64,000 bases of DNA from Clostridia bacterium. GTDB taxonomy: Bacteria > Bacillota > Clostridia > Oscillospirales > CAG-272. Below are positions 56,210-64,000 of the stretch, in pieces (position 1 is the stretch's first letter; every line of letters starts with the position of its first letter). The DNA lies in NCBI GenBank assembly GCA_017502975.1, contig JAFVTV010000038.1, positions 12,194 through 76,193 on the forward strand, read 5' to 3'. Both the position numbers and the translations under genes were made by a program. The notes beneath the pieces are model-generated. The model was given only the letters and a program-made list of their open reading frames with translations. It was not told the origin of the DNA and ran no database searches.

Positions 56210-57477
56210 ACCGTCACCTCCTCTTTTTCCTCGCCTGCGCGCAGGATGTCGCCTTCTGCGGCGGCAAAGGGCAGACGGGCGTAAAAGACCATCAACGGGT
56301 GTGGCGCGCTTTCAATGGGGTTGCCCGCTTCATCGTAAAGCTCGGTAATCTTGCAGGGTATGCCGACCTTGCCGGGCGTGAGGAGCTCGGCGCTATCGCC
56401 AAGGGAGAGCTTGTTGCGCTGACGGAAGCGGCAAAGCACACCTGCCGCGTTCTGCTTTTCAAGGCATGCCGGCGGGTCGATCTGCTCGATTGCGGCGGCA
56501 AAATATGCCTTTTCGCGAATATAACCGGGGTCGCGGCAAAGTTGAGCATTTTCTCGCACGTTATCAAACCAATAGCCCGTGCAGTATTCGCGGTGCGAAA
56601 CGCTTTCCACCTCGCGGTAGAGTGCTTCGTCAAAGGTGTACCCTTTGGGATCGTTTTGATAGGCGTCGATCGCCATGCGGTAGGCGTTTGTAATAACGGC
56701 GGTGTAGTAGGCGCTCTTCATGCGCCCCTCGATCTTAAAGGAGGAAACACCTGCCTTTATCAGTTCGGGCACGTGGCGCAGCATGCACATATCCTTTGAG
56801 GACATAACAAAGGTGCCGTTCTCGTTTTCAATGATGGGCAGGTGCTCATCGGGGCGCTTTTCCTCTACGATGGTGTAATTCCAGCGGCAGGGCTGTGTGC
56901 ACGCGCCGCGATTGGCATCGCGCCCGGTAAACTGATTGGAAAGCATGCAGCGCCCACTGTAGGATACGCACATCGAGCCGTGCACAAATGCCTCAAGTTC
57001 GACCTCGGGGTCAAGTGCTTCTCTGATGGCGCATACCTCTTTTAGTGTCAGTTCTCTTGCCAGCACCAAGCGCTTTGCGCCAAGTGCCGCCCATGCCTTT
57101 GCCGCCGCAGGGCTCACGATGCTCGATTGCGTGGAGATGTGCAGTTCCATATCGGGTAAAAGCTCGCGAACGGTGGAAAACACGCCAAGGTCTGTCACGA
57201 TCATCGCATCGATTCCGACACCCGCAAGCCCCGAAAGATAGGCGCGCAGACGGGGGTACTCGCCACCGTGCGGCATGGTATTGACGGTAAGGTAGAGCTT
57301 TTTGCCACGCGCGTGCACGTATTCTGCCGCCGCGGCAAGTTCCTCATCGGTAAAGTTATCGGCAGCGGAGCGCATGCCAAACCCCTTGCCCGCCAGATAC
57401 ACCGCATCCGCACCAAAGCGGAGCGCCGCGCGCAGCTTTTCCATATTTCCCGCAGGGGAGAGCAGTTCCACAGCCAT
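56206..57477 (-). CDS. Peptidase U32 family protein
   Basis: N-terminus ELLSPAGN, a conserved Cys-rich core (HGSMCVSYSGRCMLS) and the U32 C-terminal beta-barrel. It overlaps the rarA start by 4 nt. Confidence 0.88.
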   Translation of the reverse strand: MAVELLSPAGNMEKLRAALRFGADAVYLAGKGFGMRSAADNFTDEELAAAAEYVHARGKKLYLTVNTMPHGGEYPRLRAYLSGLAGVGIDAMIVTDLGVFSTVRELLPDMELHISTQSSIVSPAAAKAWAALGAKRLVLARELTLKEVCAIREALDPEVELEAFVHGSMCVSYSGRCMLSNQFTGRDANRGACTQPCRWNYTIVEEKRPDEHLPIIENENGTFVMSSKDMCMLRHVPELIKAGVSSFKIEGRMKSAYYTAVITNAYRMAIDAYQNDPKGYTFDEALYREVESVSHREYCTGYWFDNVRENAQLCRDPGYIREKAYFAAAIEQIDPPACLEKQNAAGVLCRFRQRNKLSLGDSAELLTPGKVGIPCKITELYDEAGNPIESAPHPLMVFYARLPFAAAEGDILRAGEEKEEVTV

Positions 57478-57673
57478 AAGTAACACCCTTCCAAAAGCAA
57501 ATTTATACTTCCTTAATTATAGTCCATTTTTTATCCTCTGTCAAGAAAGACTGCGCACATGCGCAAAATTTTGCTTGCTTGACTTTCTTTTCCCCACTGT
57601 GCTATAATCAAAACATAAAATTGCCCCTTTTGTCAGATACTTACCGTAGAGTGATACGGAAAGGATCAAGGGC

Positions 57674-58960
57674 ATGAAACAAAAATCTCCAAACAAAACG
57701 GCACAAGGGGAAAAAGTTTTGCGTGTGTTGCCGGCATTTAGGGCGGTAACGGTGCGCTTTTTGGCACAGCGCCCGCCCGCTGTGTGCTTTGTCCTTTTCC
57801 TCTTTTTTGGGGTATTGACCTTTTTCTTTTGTGTCATGGCGGGTGGCGAGCGTACCTTTCTTGGCATTTTTCACGCGCAGGGCGACACGCTGTTTTCCGA
57901 TTTCTTTCGCTCGGTGCGCGATGCCGCCATGGGCAGTGCCGTTTACAGTGAGCGTCGGGTGATCTATCCGCCCTTGGCAAATGCTGTTTTTTGGCTGATC
58001 TCACGCGTGATGCCAAGCGTCTATCTTGAGGCGCCCGTGGCGCAGTGGAGCACGTGGCATTCCTATCCCGCCGCGGTGCTTGGCGTTTCGTTTTTTCTCT
58101 GCCTTTCGCTGGTGCTTTTTGCGGGGGTGCTGGGGCGCGAGCCCTATCCCCGCCCTCTTCGCCTGCTGCTGGCGTTTTTCTTAGCGGCGTCCTTTCCCAT
58201 GCTTTTTTTAATCGAGCGCGGCAATCTTGTTTTGCTTTGCCTTGTGGCGCTGATCGTTTATTCGCAAAATTACGGTAGTGACAGCGCTGTGGCGCGCGAG
58301 GTGGGGCTATTTGCGCTTGCGGTGGCTACCGCGCTGAAGATCTACCCGCTTTTGTTTGGCTTGCCGCTCATAAGAGAGCGCCGTTGGCGCGATGCGCTAC
58401 GTGCCGCACTGTATGCCTTTTTGCTTTTCTTCATCCCTTCATTTTTCTTTGGCGGCCCGCTGTTTTGTGCTTGGTGGCTTGTGAAAAACACGCTTTACTA
58501 TTCCAATTATGCGGGGCGCGGCGCGATATCCCTGCTTGCTACGTTTGGCATTTCCGCCACGCTTGCACGTGCCGTGATATATGTGCTGTATGCCGCCCTG
58601 CTGCTTTTTTTGATCCTGTCGGCGCTATTGCCGCGAAGGCCCTTTAAAGCATGGGCGCTTTGTGCCGCCGCTTTGCTTGCCGTGCCCTCTGTTTTTTCTG
58701 CTTATAATTGGGTGCTGATGCTTCCCGCGCTCCTTGCCTTTTTGCGGGAAGAGCGCCTTGTGGGGCGAAACATCCTTTGGTTTTTCTTAATGGCAACACC
58801 CTTTTTTGTGTTTGTGCCAAAGGCATATCAGGATAACGGATTGATTGTGCTTATCGGCGGGATCATTGCGCTCTCCGTGTTTGAAAGCGTTGCGCTCTTG
58901 CGGCGGCGGAGCAGGGAAAACATGCGCAAACGGGGTGAAAAACCTTACTATACACTATGA
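57674..58960 (+). CDS. Polytopic membrane protein, GT-C/DUF2029-like putative glycosyltransferase
   Basis: 428 aa with more than 10 TM segments and an early loop carrying the YPPLA motif. The assignment is tentative. Confidence 0.45.
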   Translation: MKQKSPNKTAQGEKVLRVLPAFRAVTVRFLAQRPPAVCFVLFLFFGVLTFFFCVMAGGERTFLGIFHAQGDTLFSDFFRSVRDAAMGSAVYSERRVIYPPLANAVFWLISRVMPSVYLEAPVAQWSTWHSYPAAVLGVSFFLCLSLVLFAGVLGREPYPRPLRLLLAFFLAASFPMLFLIERGNLVLLCLVALIVYSQNYGSDSAVAREVGLFALAVATALKIYPLLFGLPLIRERRWRDALRAALYAFLLFFIPSFFFGGPLFCAWWLVKNTLYYSNYAGRGAISLLATFGISATLARAVIYVLYAALLLFLILSALLPRRPFKAWALCAAALLAVPSVFSAYNWVLMLPALLAFLREERLVGRNILWFFLMATPFFVFVPKAYQDNGLIVLIGGIIALSVFESVALLRRRSRENMRKRGEKPYYTL

Positions 58961-58994
58961 CATGGCACGCGCGGCTATGCCGGAAGGGAGCAAT

Positions 58995-59906
58995 ATGCGT
59001 TACGAAAAATGGTATGAGAAAAACACCGCCTCGCTTGTGGGCAAGGTGGCAGTGGTAACAGGTGGCAACAGCGGCATCGGCTTTTGCGCCGCGCGCGGCT
59101 TTTTGCATCTTGGTGCTAAGGTGGTGCTTGCCTGCCGCAACGAGGCGCGTGCCGCAGCGGCAAGAGAGCGGTTGCTTGCGGACTTTCCGCTCGCGACGGT
59201 GGAAACGGCAATGCTTGATCTTGCTAACAATGCTTCTATCGATGCGTTTTGCGAGGAAATGCGCAAACGGTATGAGAAAATCGATATATTTTTGCATTGC
59301 GCGGGCGTGTATTATCCGCGCGGTGACAAAACCAAGGATGGCTTGCCTATGACCGAGGGTGTCAACACCTGGGGGACGGTACGCCTTGCCGAGGGCGTAC
59401 TGCCCTTGATGGACGGCGCCTGCCGCATGATCTTTACCACAAGCCTTGTCGATCGCTTTGGCAAGGATCGGGCACCCAAGGGTGAGGGCTATGCCGCCTA
59501 TGCGCGCAGCAAATATCTGCTTTCTGCCTATGTGTTGCGGCGCGCGCGGGAGCGCGCCGCGAGCGAGCCGCTGTTTATTGCCACGCACCCGGGCATTACC
59601 GCAACCGCGCTCCTTTCCCCTGAAAAAACAACACATAAGCCCCTGTTTTCACGCCTCGGGCACGCCTTTCTTTATCTGTTTACACATGCGCCCGAAAAAG
59701 CGGCACTCACCGCCGTTTGGGCGGCGGCGGGCAAGGTGCAAAACGGTGCGTGCATTGGCCCTCGCGGCATATTTGGCATCAGCGGCTATCCGCACCGTAC
59801 CGCGTTTTGCAGGAATGTTTGCCGCCGTGCGGCAAAAAAAGTTTCACTTTCTCCTGATGAAAACGAAAAAAACACTTGTGCCGACGCGCCGAGTGTGCTA
59901 TACTGA
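58995..59906 (+). CDS. SDR-family oxidoreductase
   Basis: TGGNSGIG cofactor motif. The start at 58995 follows gaagggag; the listed 58845 start overlaps the upstream gene. Confidence 0.85.
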   Translation: MRYEKWYEKNTASLVGKVAVVTGGNSGIGFCAARGFLHLGAKVVLACRNEARAAAARERLLADFPLATVETAMLDLANNASIDAFCEEMRKRYEKIDIFLHCAGVYYPRGDKTKDGLPMTEGVNTWGTVRLAEGVLPLMDGACRMIFTTSLVDRFGKDRAPKGEGYAAYARSKYLLSAYVLRRARERAASEPLFIATHPGITATALLSPEKTTHKPLFSRLGHAFLYLFTHAPEKAALTAVWAAAGKVQNGACIGPRGIFGISGYPHRTAFCRNVCRRAAKKVSLSPDENEKNTCADAPSVLY

Positions 59907-59951
59907 TTGTATGTTATTTCCAAACCTAAGGTTTGGAACGAGGAGGATACC

Positions 59952-61436
59952 ATGTTTCGCATCGGTTTTGACAATGACGAGTATATCCGACGCCAGTCGG
60001 CACATATCCGAGAGCGCATTGCGCAGTTTGGCGGCAAGCTCTATCTTGAGTTTGGCGGCAAGCTTTTTGACGACCATCACGCCTCTCGCGTGCTGCCGGG
60101 CTTTGCGCCTGACAGCAAGATCCGCATGCTTGTAGAACTGGCAGCGGAAGCGGAGATCGTGATCGTTTTGAGCGCGGCGGATATTGAGAAAAACAAGGTG
60201 CGCGGCGATCTTGGTATTACCTATGATCAGGACACCCTGCGCCTCATTGATGCGTTCCGCGATTTCGGGCTTTACGTTGGCAGTGTGGTGCTGACGCGCT
60301 ACACGGGTCAGCCTGCCGCCGCCGCATTTGCCAAGCGTCTTGAGGCGCTTGGACTTCGCGTATACCAGCATTATTCGATACCGGGATACCCCTCCGATGT
60401 GGAAAAGATCGTGAGTGACGAGGGCTACGGCATCAATCAGTATATCGAAACCTCGCGCTCTCTTGTGGTGGTGACCGCCCCCGGCCCCGGTTCCGGAAAA
60501 ATGGCAACGTGCCTCTCGCAGCTCTATCACGATAACAAGCGCGGTATTCGCTCGGGCTATGCAAAGTTTGAGACCTTCCCGGTGTGGAATCTTGGACTGA
60601 AGCACCCCGTCAATCTTGCATACGAGGCGGCAACGGCAGATCTTAACGACGTGAATATGATCGACCCGTTCCATTTGGAGGCGTATGGCGAAACCGCCGT
60701 GAACTATAACCGTGACGTAGAGATCTTTCCTGTGGTGAAGGCGATGCTGGAGCACATTTACGGCAGTTGCCCCTACAAATCGCCCACCGACATGGGTGTA
60801 AACATGGCGGGGTATTGCATTGTGGATAACGATGCTGTCAGCGAGGGCGCGCGCGATGAGATCCTGCGCCGCTACTACCGCGCGCTTTGCAGTCAGCGCA
60901 AGGGCGAGAGCGACGGCACGGACGTTGCTAAGATCAAGATGCTGATGCGCTCGATCGGGCTTGATGAAACGGCTCGCCCTGCTATCGGTGCGGCGCTGGC
61001 ACGCGCCAAGGAAACGGGAGAGCCGGCTGTTGCGGTGCAGTTGCGCGATGGGCGCGTGATAACGGGCAAGACATCCAAGCTGCTTGGCGCGGTTTCGGCA
61101 ATGGTCTTAAACGCGCTTAAGGCGCTGGCGGGTATCCCCAAGGAGGTTGACCTCATTTCCCCCGATATTTTAGCCCCCGTGTCGGCACTTAAGCTGGAGC
61201 GCCTTGGAAATCACAACCCGAGATTGCACCTCGATGAGGTGCTGATCGCGCTTTCGATCTCTGCCGTGAACGAGGAGCCCGCGCGCCGCGCGCTCGATTG
61301 TCTTGAGGGCCTGAGGCGCTGCGACGCACATTCTACCGTTATCCTGTCGCAAACCGATGAGAGCATGCTCAAAAAGCTCGGTGTAGAGCTGACCTGCGAG
61401 CCTGCTTATCAAACCAAAAAGCTTTATCACCGTTAA
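59952..61436 (+). CDS. DUF1846 (UPF0371) family protein
   Basis: About 494 aa. The N-terminus ([23 protein letters not shown]) matches my recollection of the family. RBS gaggagg. Confidence 0.8.
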   Translation: MFRIGFDNDEYIRRQSAHIRERIAQFGGKLYLEFGGKLFDDHHASRVLPGFAPDSKIRMLVELAAEAEIVIVLSAADIEKNKVRGDLGITYDQDTLRLIDAFRDFGLYVGSVVLTRYTGQPAAAAFAKRLEALGLRVYQHYSIPGYPSDVEKIVSDEGYGINQYIETSRSLVVVTAPGPGSGKMATCLSQLYHDNKRGIRSGYAKFETFPVWNLGLKHPVNLAYEAATADLNDVNMIDPFHLEAYGETAVNYNRDVEIFPVVKAMLEHIYGSCPYKSPTDMGVNMAGYCIVDNDAVSEGARDEILRRYYRALCSQRKGESDGTDVAKIKMLMRSIGLDETARPAIGAALARAKETGEPAVAVQLRDGRVITGKTSKLLGAVSAMVLNALKALAGIPKEVDLISPDILAPVSALKLERLGNHNPRLHLDEVLIALSISAVNEEPARRALDCLEGLRRCDAHSTVILSQTDESMLKKLGVELTCEPAYQTKKLYHR

Positions 61437-61440
61437 CGCT

Positions 61441-62025
61441 ATGGCAAAAAAGAGCACACGTAACACGAAAAGCCGTATCGTAGATGCCGCTTGGAAGCTT
61501 TTTTACGAGCAGGGCTATGAAGATACCACGGTGGAGGAGATCATTGCGCTTTCCGGCACCTCAAAGGGCTCGTTTTACCATTATTTTGGCAGTAAGGACG
61601 ACCTGCTTGGCTCGCTTGCCTATTTGTTTGATGAAAAGTATGAGGAGCTTGCCTGTGGCGAGGCGGTAGAGCAAAACGCCATAGACGCATTGCTTTATCT
61701 GAATCGCGAGCTGTTTGCTATGATCGAAAACCGCATCGATCTCTCTTTGCTATCCCGTCTTTTATCCACACAACTCACGGTTCAGGGCGGCAAGCAATTG
61801 CTTGACCGCGACCGCGTGTATTTCAGGCTTCTTCGCCGCATCGTTGCCGAGGGGCAGGCGCGGGGGGAAATTACCGAGGAAATGACGGTGGGCGAGATCG
61901 TGCGCCTGTATGCCATGACCGAGCGCGGATTGCTTTACGATTGGTGCCTGCGCGGCGGCGATTATTCACTTTGTGCTTACGCAGAAAAAATATTGCCGCT
62001 GTTTTTAAAGACGCTTAAAAAATAA
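61441..62025 (+). CDS. TetR/AcrR family transcriptional regulator
   Basis: N-terminal HTH region (IVDAAWKLFYEQGYEDTTVEEIIALSGTSKGSFYHYF). Confidence 0.9.
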   Translation: MAKKSTRNTKSRIVDAAWKLFYEQGYEDTTVEEIIALSGTSKGSFYHYFGSKDDLLGSLAYLFDEKYEELACGEAVEQNAIDALLYLNRELFAMIENRIDLSLLSRLLSTQLTVQGGKQLLDRDRVYFRLLRRIVAEGQARGEITEEMTVGEIVRLYAMTERGLLYDWCLRGGDYSLCAYAEKILPLFLKTLKK

Positions 62026-62108
62026 AAGTTTTATTTTTGTATAAATTTTTGTTTTTTAAATCGTCTACATCTGAAACCCTTGTAATTAAACAATTTTAAT
62101 TAAAATTA

Positions 62109-62148
62109 AGAGAACGGCGTACAGAATTTAGTCTGTACGCCGTTCTCT
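62109..62148. other. 16-bp perfect-stem hairpin between tetR and putP
   Basis: AGAGAACGGCGTACAG-aatttagt-CTGTACGCCGTTCTCT. There is no clean T-run. It abuts the putP promoter. Confidence 0.5.
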
Positions 62149-62149
62149 A

Positions 62150-62178
62150 TTGCATTTATAAAAAAGTTGTGATACAAT
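62150..62178 (+). promoter_or_regulatory. Sigma-A-type promoter for putP
   Basis: TTGCAT, 17 nt spacer, TACAAT. Confidence 0.5.
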
Positions 62179-62211
62179 AGAAGAGTATTATAAATAGGAA
62201 AGGACTTTGTT

Positions 62212-63765
62212 ATGGCACAATTTTCAGCATTTATTCTTTATTTTGCGCTGATGCTTGGCATTGGCATTTACTTCTTCCTGCGTGACCGCAGTAAGAGCGA
62301 CGCAGATTACTTCCTCGGCGGCCGTCAGATGGGACCTTGGGTCACTGCAATGAGCGCGCAGGCATCGGACATGTCCGGCTGGCTCTTGATGGGCTTTCCC
62401 GGCAGTATCCTTGCCTTTGGTATGGGCAAGGTATGGATCGGTATCGGCCTTGCGATCGGCACAGCGGCAAACTGGCTGATCGTGGCAAAGCGCTTGCGCA
62501 ATTTCTCTAAGGCGTCAAACGATTCCATTACTCTGCCGCAGTACCTCACCAACCGTTTTGCAACCGCAAACCCTGTGTTGAAGGTGACCTGCGCAATTAT
62601 CTTCCTCATCAGCTTTACCGTATATGTGGCATCTGCCTTCAATGCGGGCACAAAGGTGTTTGTAGCAGTGCTCCCGAAGATCTTCCTTGGCAGGGAAATG
62701 CTTGCCATGGCGATCTTTGCGCTCATCGTTTTGGTATATACCTTCCTTGGCGGCTTTAAAGCAGTTTGCTGGACTGACTTTTTCCAAGGGCTTCTCATGC
62801 TTGTGGCGTTGCTTCTGGTGCCGATCGTAATGGCGGCAGGCGTGCATGAGGATGTATTTCAGCAGGCATTTTTGCCCGGTGTTTCCGCATTCAATCCCAA
62901 TCCCTTTGCTGCCTCGTGGCAGGATATCGTATCGGGTCTTGGTTGGGGTCTTGGCTATTTTGGCATGCCGCACATTCTGGTGCGCTTTATGTCGATCAAA
63001 AAGGCATCCATGATCAAGAAATCCGCAACGGTAGCCATTTCTTGGGTAGTCGTTACCCTTACCGCAGCCATCTTTATTGCCTTCCTTGGCAGAACCTATG
63101 TTTTTGCTGACGGATCCTCCTTGGCGGCTCTCCTGCTTCCCGCAGGCAATCAGCAAAACATTTTCATTGAGATCGTGCAAAAACTCTTCCCCGGCTTTAT
63201 TGCGGGCATTTTGCTTGCCGCCATCATTGCGGCATCGATGTCTACGGCAGACAGCCAGCTGCTGGTTGCCTCCTCCTCCTTTGCTTCTGACCTTTACAAG
63301 CCCCTCATTCGCCGCGGCAAGGCGAGCGACAGTGAGGTTACCTGGGCAAGCCGCCTGGTGGTGCTTGCGGTAGCCGTGGTGGCATTTGTCATTGCCGCTT
63401 CGGGTCTTGGCGATAACAGCGCTTGGGCAAGTAACATTATGGCAATGGTTGAAAATGCATGGGGTCTGTTTGGCTCGGCGTTTGGCCCTGTTGTGATCCT
63501 GTCGCTGTTCTGGAGACGCCTGAATTACAAGGGCGCAGTTGCCGGCATCATCGGCGGCGCGGTGGTAGATATTCTTTGGCTGGTGCTCTTTACCAACACC
63601 ATTATCAAAAACCCTATTGCATCTACCGGTGTTTACGAGATCGTTCCCGGCTTTATCATTGGTGCTGCGATCACCGTTGCCGTATCGCTCCTCACAAAGG
63701 CACCCGACAAGGCGGTTACCGATATCTTTGATGCCGCGCTCGCTCCCGAAGCAGATGAGGCTTAA
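62212..63765 (+). CDS. putP: Sodium:proline symporter (SSS family)
   Basis: 517 aa with about 13 TM segments. The N-terminal region (DYFLGGRQMGPWVTAMSAQASDMSGWLLMGFPG) is typical of PutP. Confidence 0.88.
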   Translation: MAQFSAFILYFALMLGIGIYFFLRDRSKSDADYFLGGRQMGPWVTAMSAQASDMSGWLLMGFPGSILAFGMGKVWIGIGLAIGTAANWLIVAKRLRNFSKASNDSITLPQYLTNRFATANPVLKVTCAIIFLISFTVYVASAFNAGTKVFVAVLPKIFLGREMLAMAIFALIVLVYTFLGGFKAVCWTDFFQGLLMLVALLLVPIVMAAGVHEDVFQQAFLPGVSAFNPNPFAASWQDIVSGLGWGLGYFGMPHILVRFMSIKKASMIKKSATVAISWVVVTLTAAIFIAFLGRTYVFADGSSLAALLLPAGNQQNIFIEIVQKLFPGFIAGILLAAIIAASMSTADSQLLVASSSFASDLYKPLIRRGKASDSEVTWASRLVVLAVAVVAFVIAASGLGDNSAWASNIMAMVENAWGLFGSAFGPVVILSLFWRRLNYKGAVAGIIGGAVVDILWLVLFTNTIIKNPIASTGVYEIVPGFIIGAAITVAVSLLTKAPDKAVTDIFDAALAPEADEA

Positions 63766-63787
63766 TCCTTAAAAAATAACCAATCAC

Positions 63788-63866
63788 AACCACCCGTCAA
63801 ACGGGTGGTTTGCACTAGGGCTAAAAGCCCAATAGTACCAGCCAGCGGCTCAAGCCGCTGGCTTTT
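63788..63866 (+). terminator. Two stem-loops after putP
   Basis: AACCACCCG-tcaaa-CGGGTGGTT (63788-63810) and GCCAGCGGC-tcaa-GCCGCTGGC followed by TTTT (63841-63866). Confidence 0.75.
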
Positions 63867-63881
63867 GCTTTCAAAAGCTGT

Positions 63882-63931
63882 CTGCAAAAATGCCTTCTCC
63901 TTGAGGAGAAGGTGGCAGCCGAAGGCTGACG
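63882..63931 (+). repeat. Two-hairpin repeat, copy R3
   Basis: GCCTTCTCCTTGAGGAGAAGGTGGCAGCCGAAGGCTGACGGATGAGGTGT. It has the same architecture as 46699-46749, with both stems changed compensatorily. Confidence 0.65.
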
Positions 63932-64000
63932 GATGAGGTGTAGCGCGAAGCGCGTTTGTGCGGCTCGTTGCAAAACTCGAACACGCCGCTATGGCGGCTA

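Overview
This window looks like an origin-proximal chromosomal segment of a G+C-rich, spore-forming Firmicute (Clostridia-like: spoIIE, split transketolase, ACT/UPF0210 pair). All calls come from reading the six-frame ORF track and the DNA by eye. No database search, alignment tool or RNA model was run.

Gene content. The backbone is mostly housekeeping: recF(partial)-DUF370-gyrB-gyrA. A long minus-strand block follows: acyl-CoA ligase, a membrane protein, serS, parB, parA, a Noc/ParB paralog, rsmG, mnmG. After that come ACT/UPF0210, tkt N and C subunits, mscS, aspS, holA and a GMP synthase lacking its glutaminase domain. Next are a secreted S1 protease, two ABC systems (one with an OmpR/HK pair), spoIIE, tcdA and a P-type Ca/Mn-type ATPase. 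The window ends with GNAT, YegP, a Y1/HUH (RAYT-like) transposase gene, uppP, rarA, a U32 peptidase, SDR, DUF1846, tetR and putP. I found no rRNA, tRNA, CRISPR array, integrase or prophage.

Observations worth a second look:
1. A GTAG-headed REP-like hairpin family has compensatory stem changes. One class sits as a perfect 27-bp inverted pair in frame inside the RAYT-like gene, bracketing its HUH motif.
2. Five parS sites lie in 229 bp between parA and the noc-like gene.
3. An orphan 13-codon copy of the aspS 3' end, with its own old terminator, is fused to a truncated REP next to a visibly AT-rich two-gene islet.
4. The P-type ATPase has no stop codon where one is expected. It reads through its own terminator hairpin into the next gene.
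5. A candidate yybP-ykoY (Mn2+) riboswitch with a terminator lies in the ATPase leader.
6. A 37-nt hairpin occurs as an inverted pair bracketing the two-component/ABC module.
7. A second, two-hairpin repeat family shows covariation across three copies.
8. The par/gid block is oriented convergently with gyrBA.
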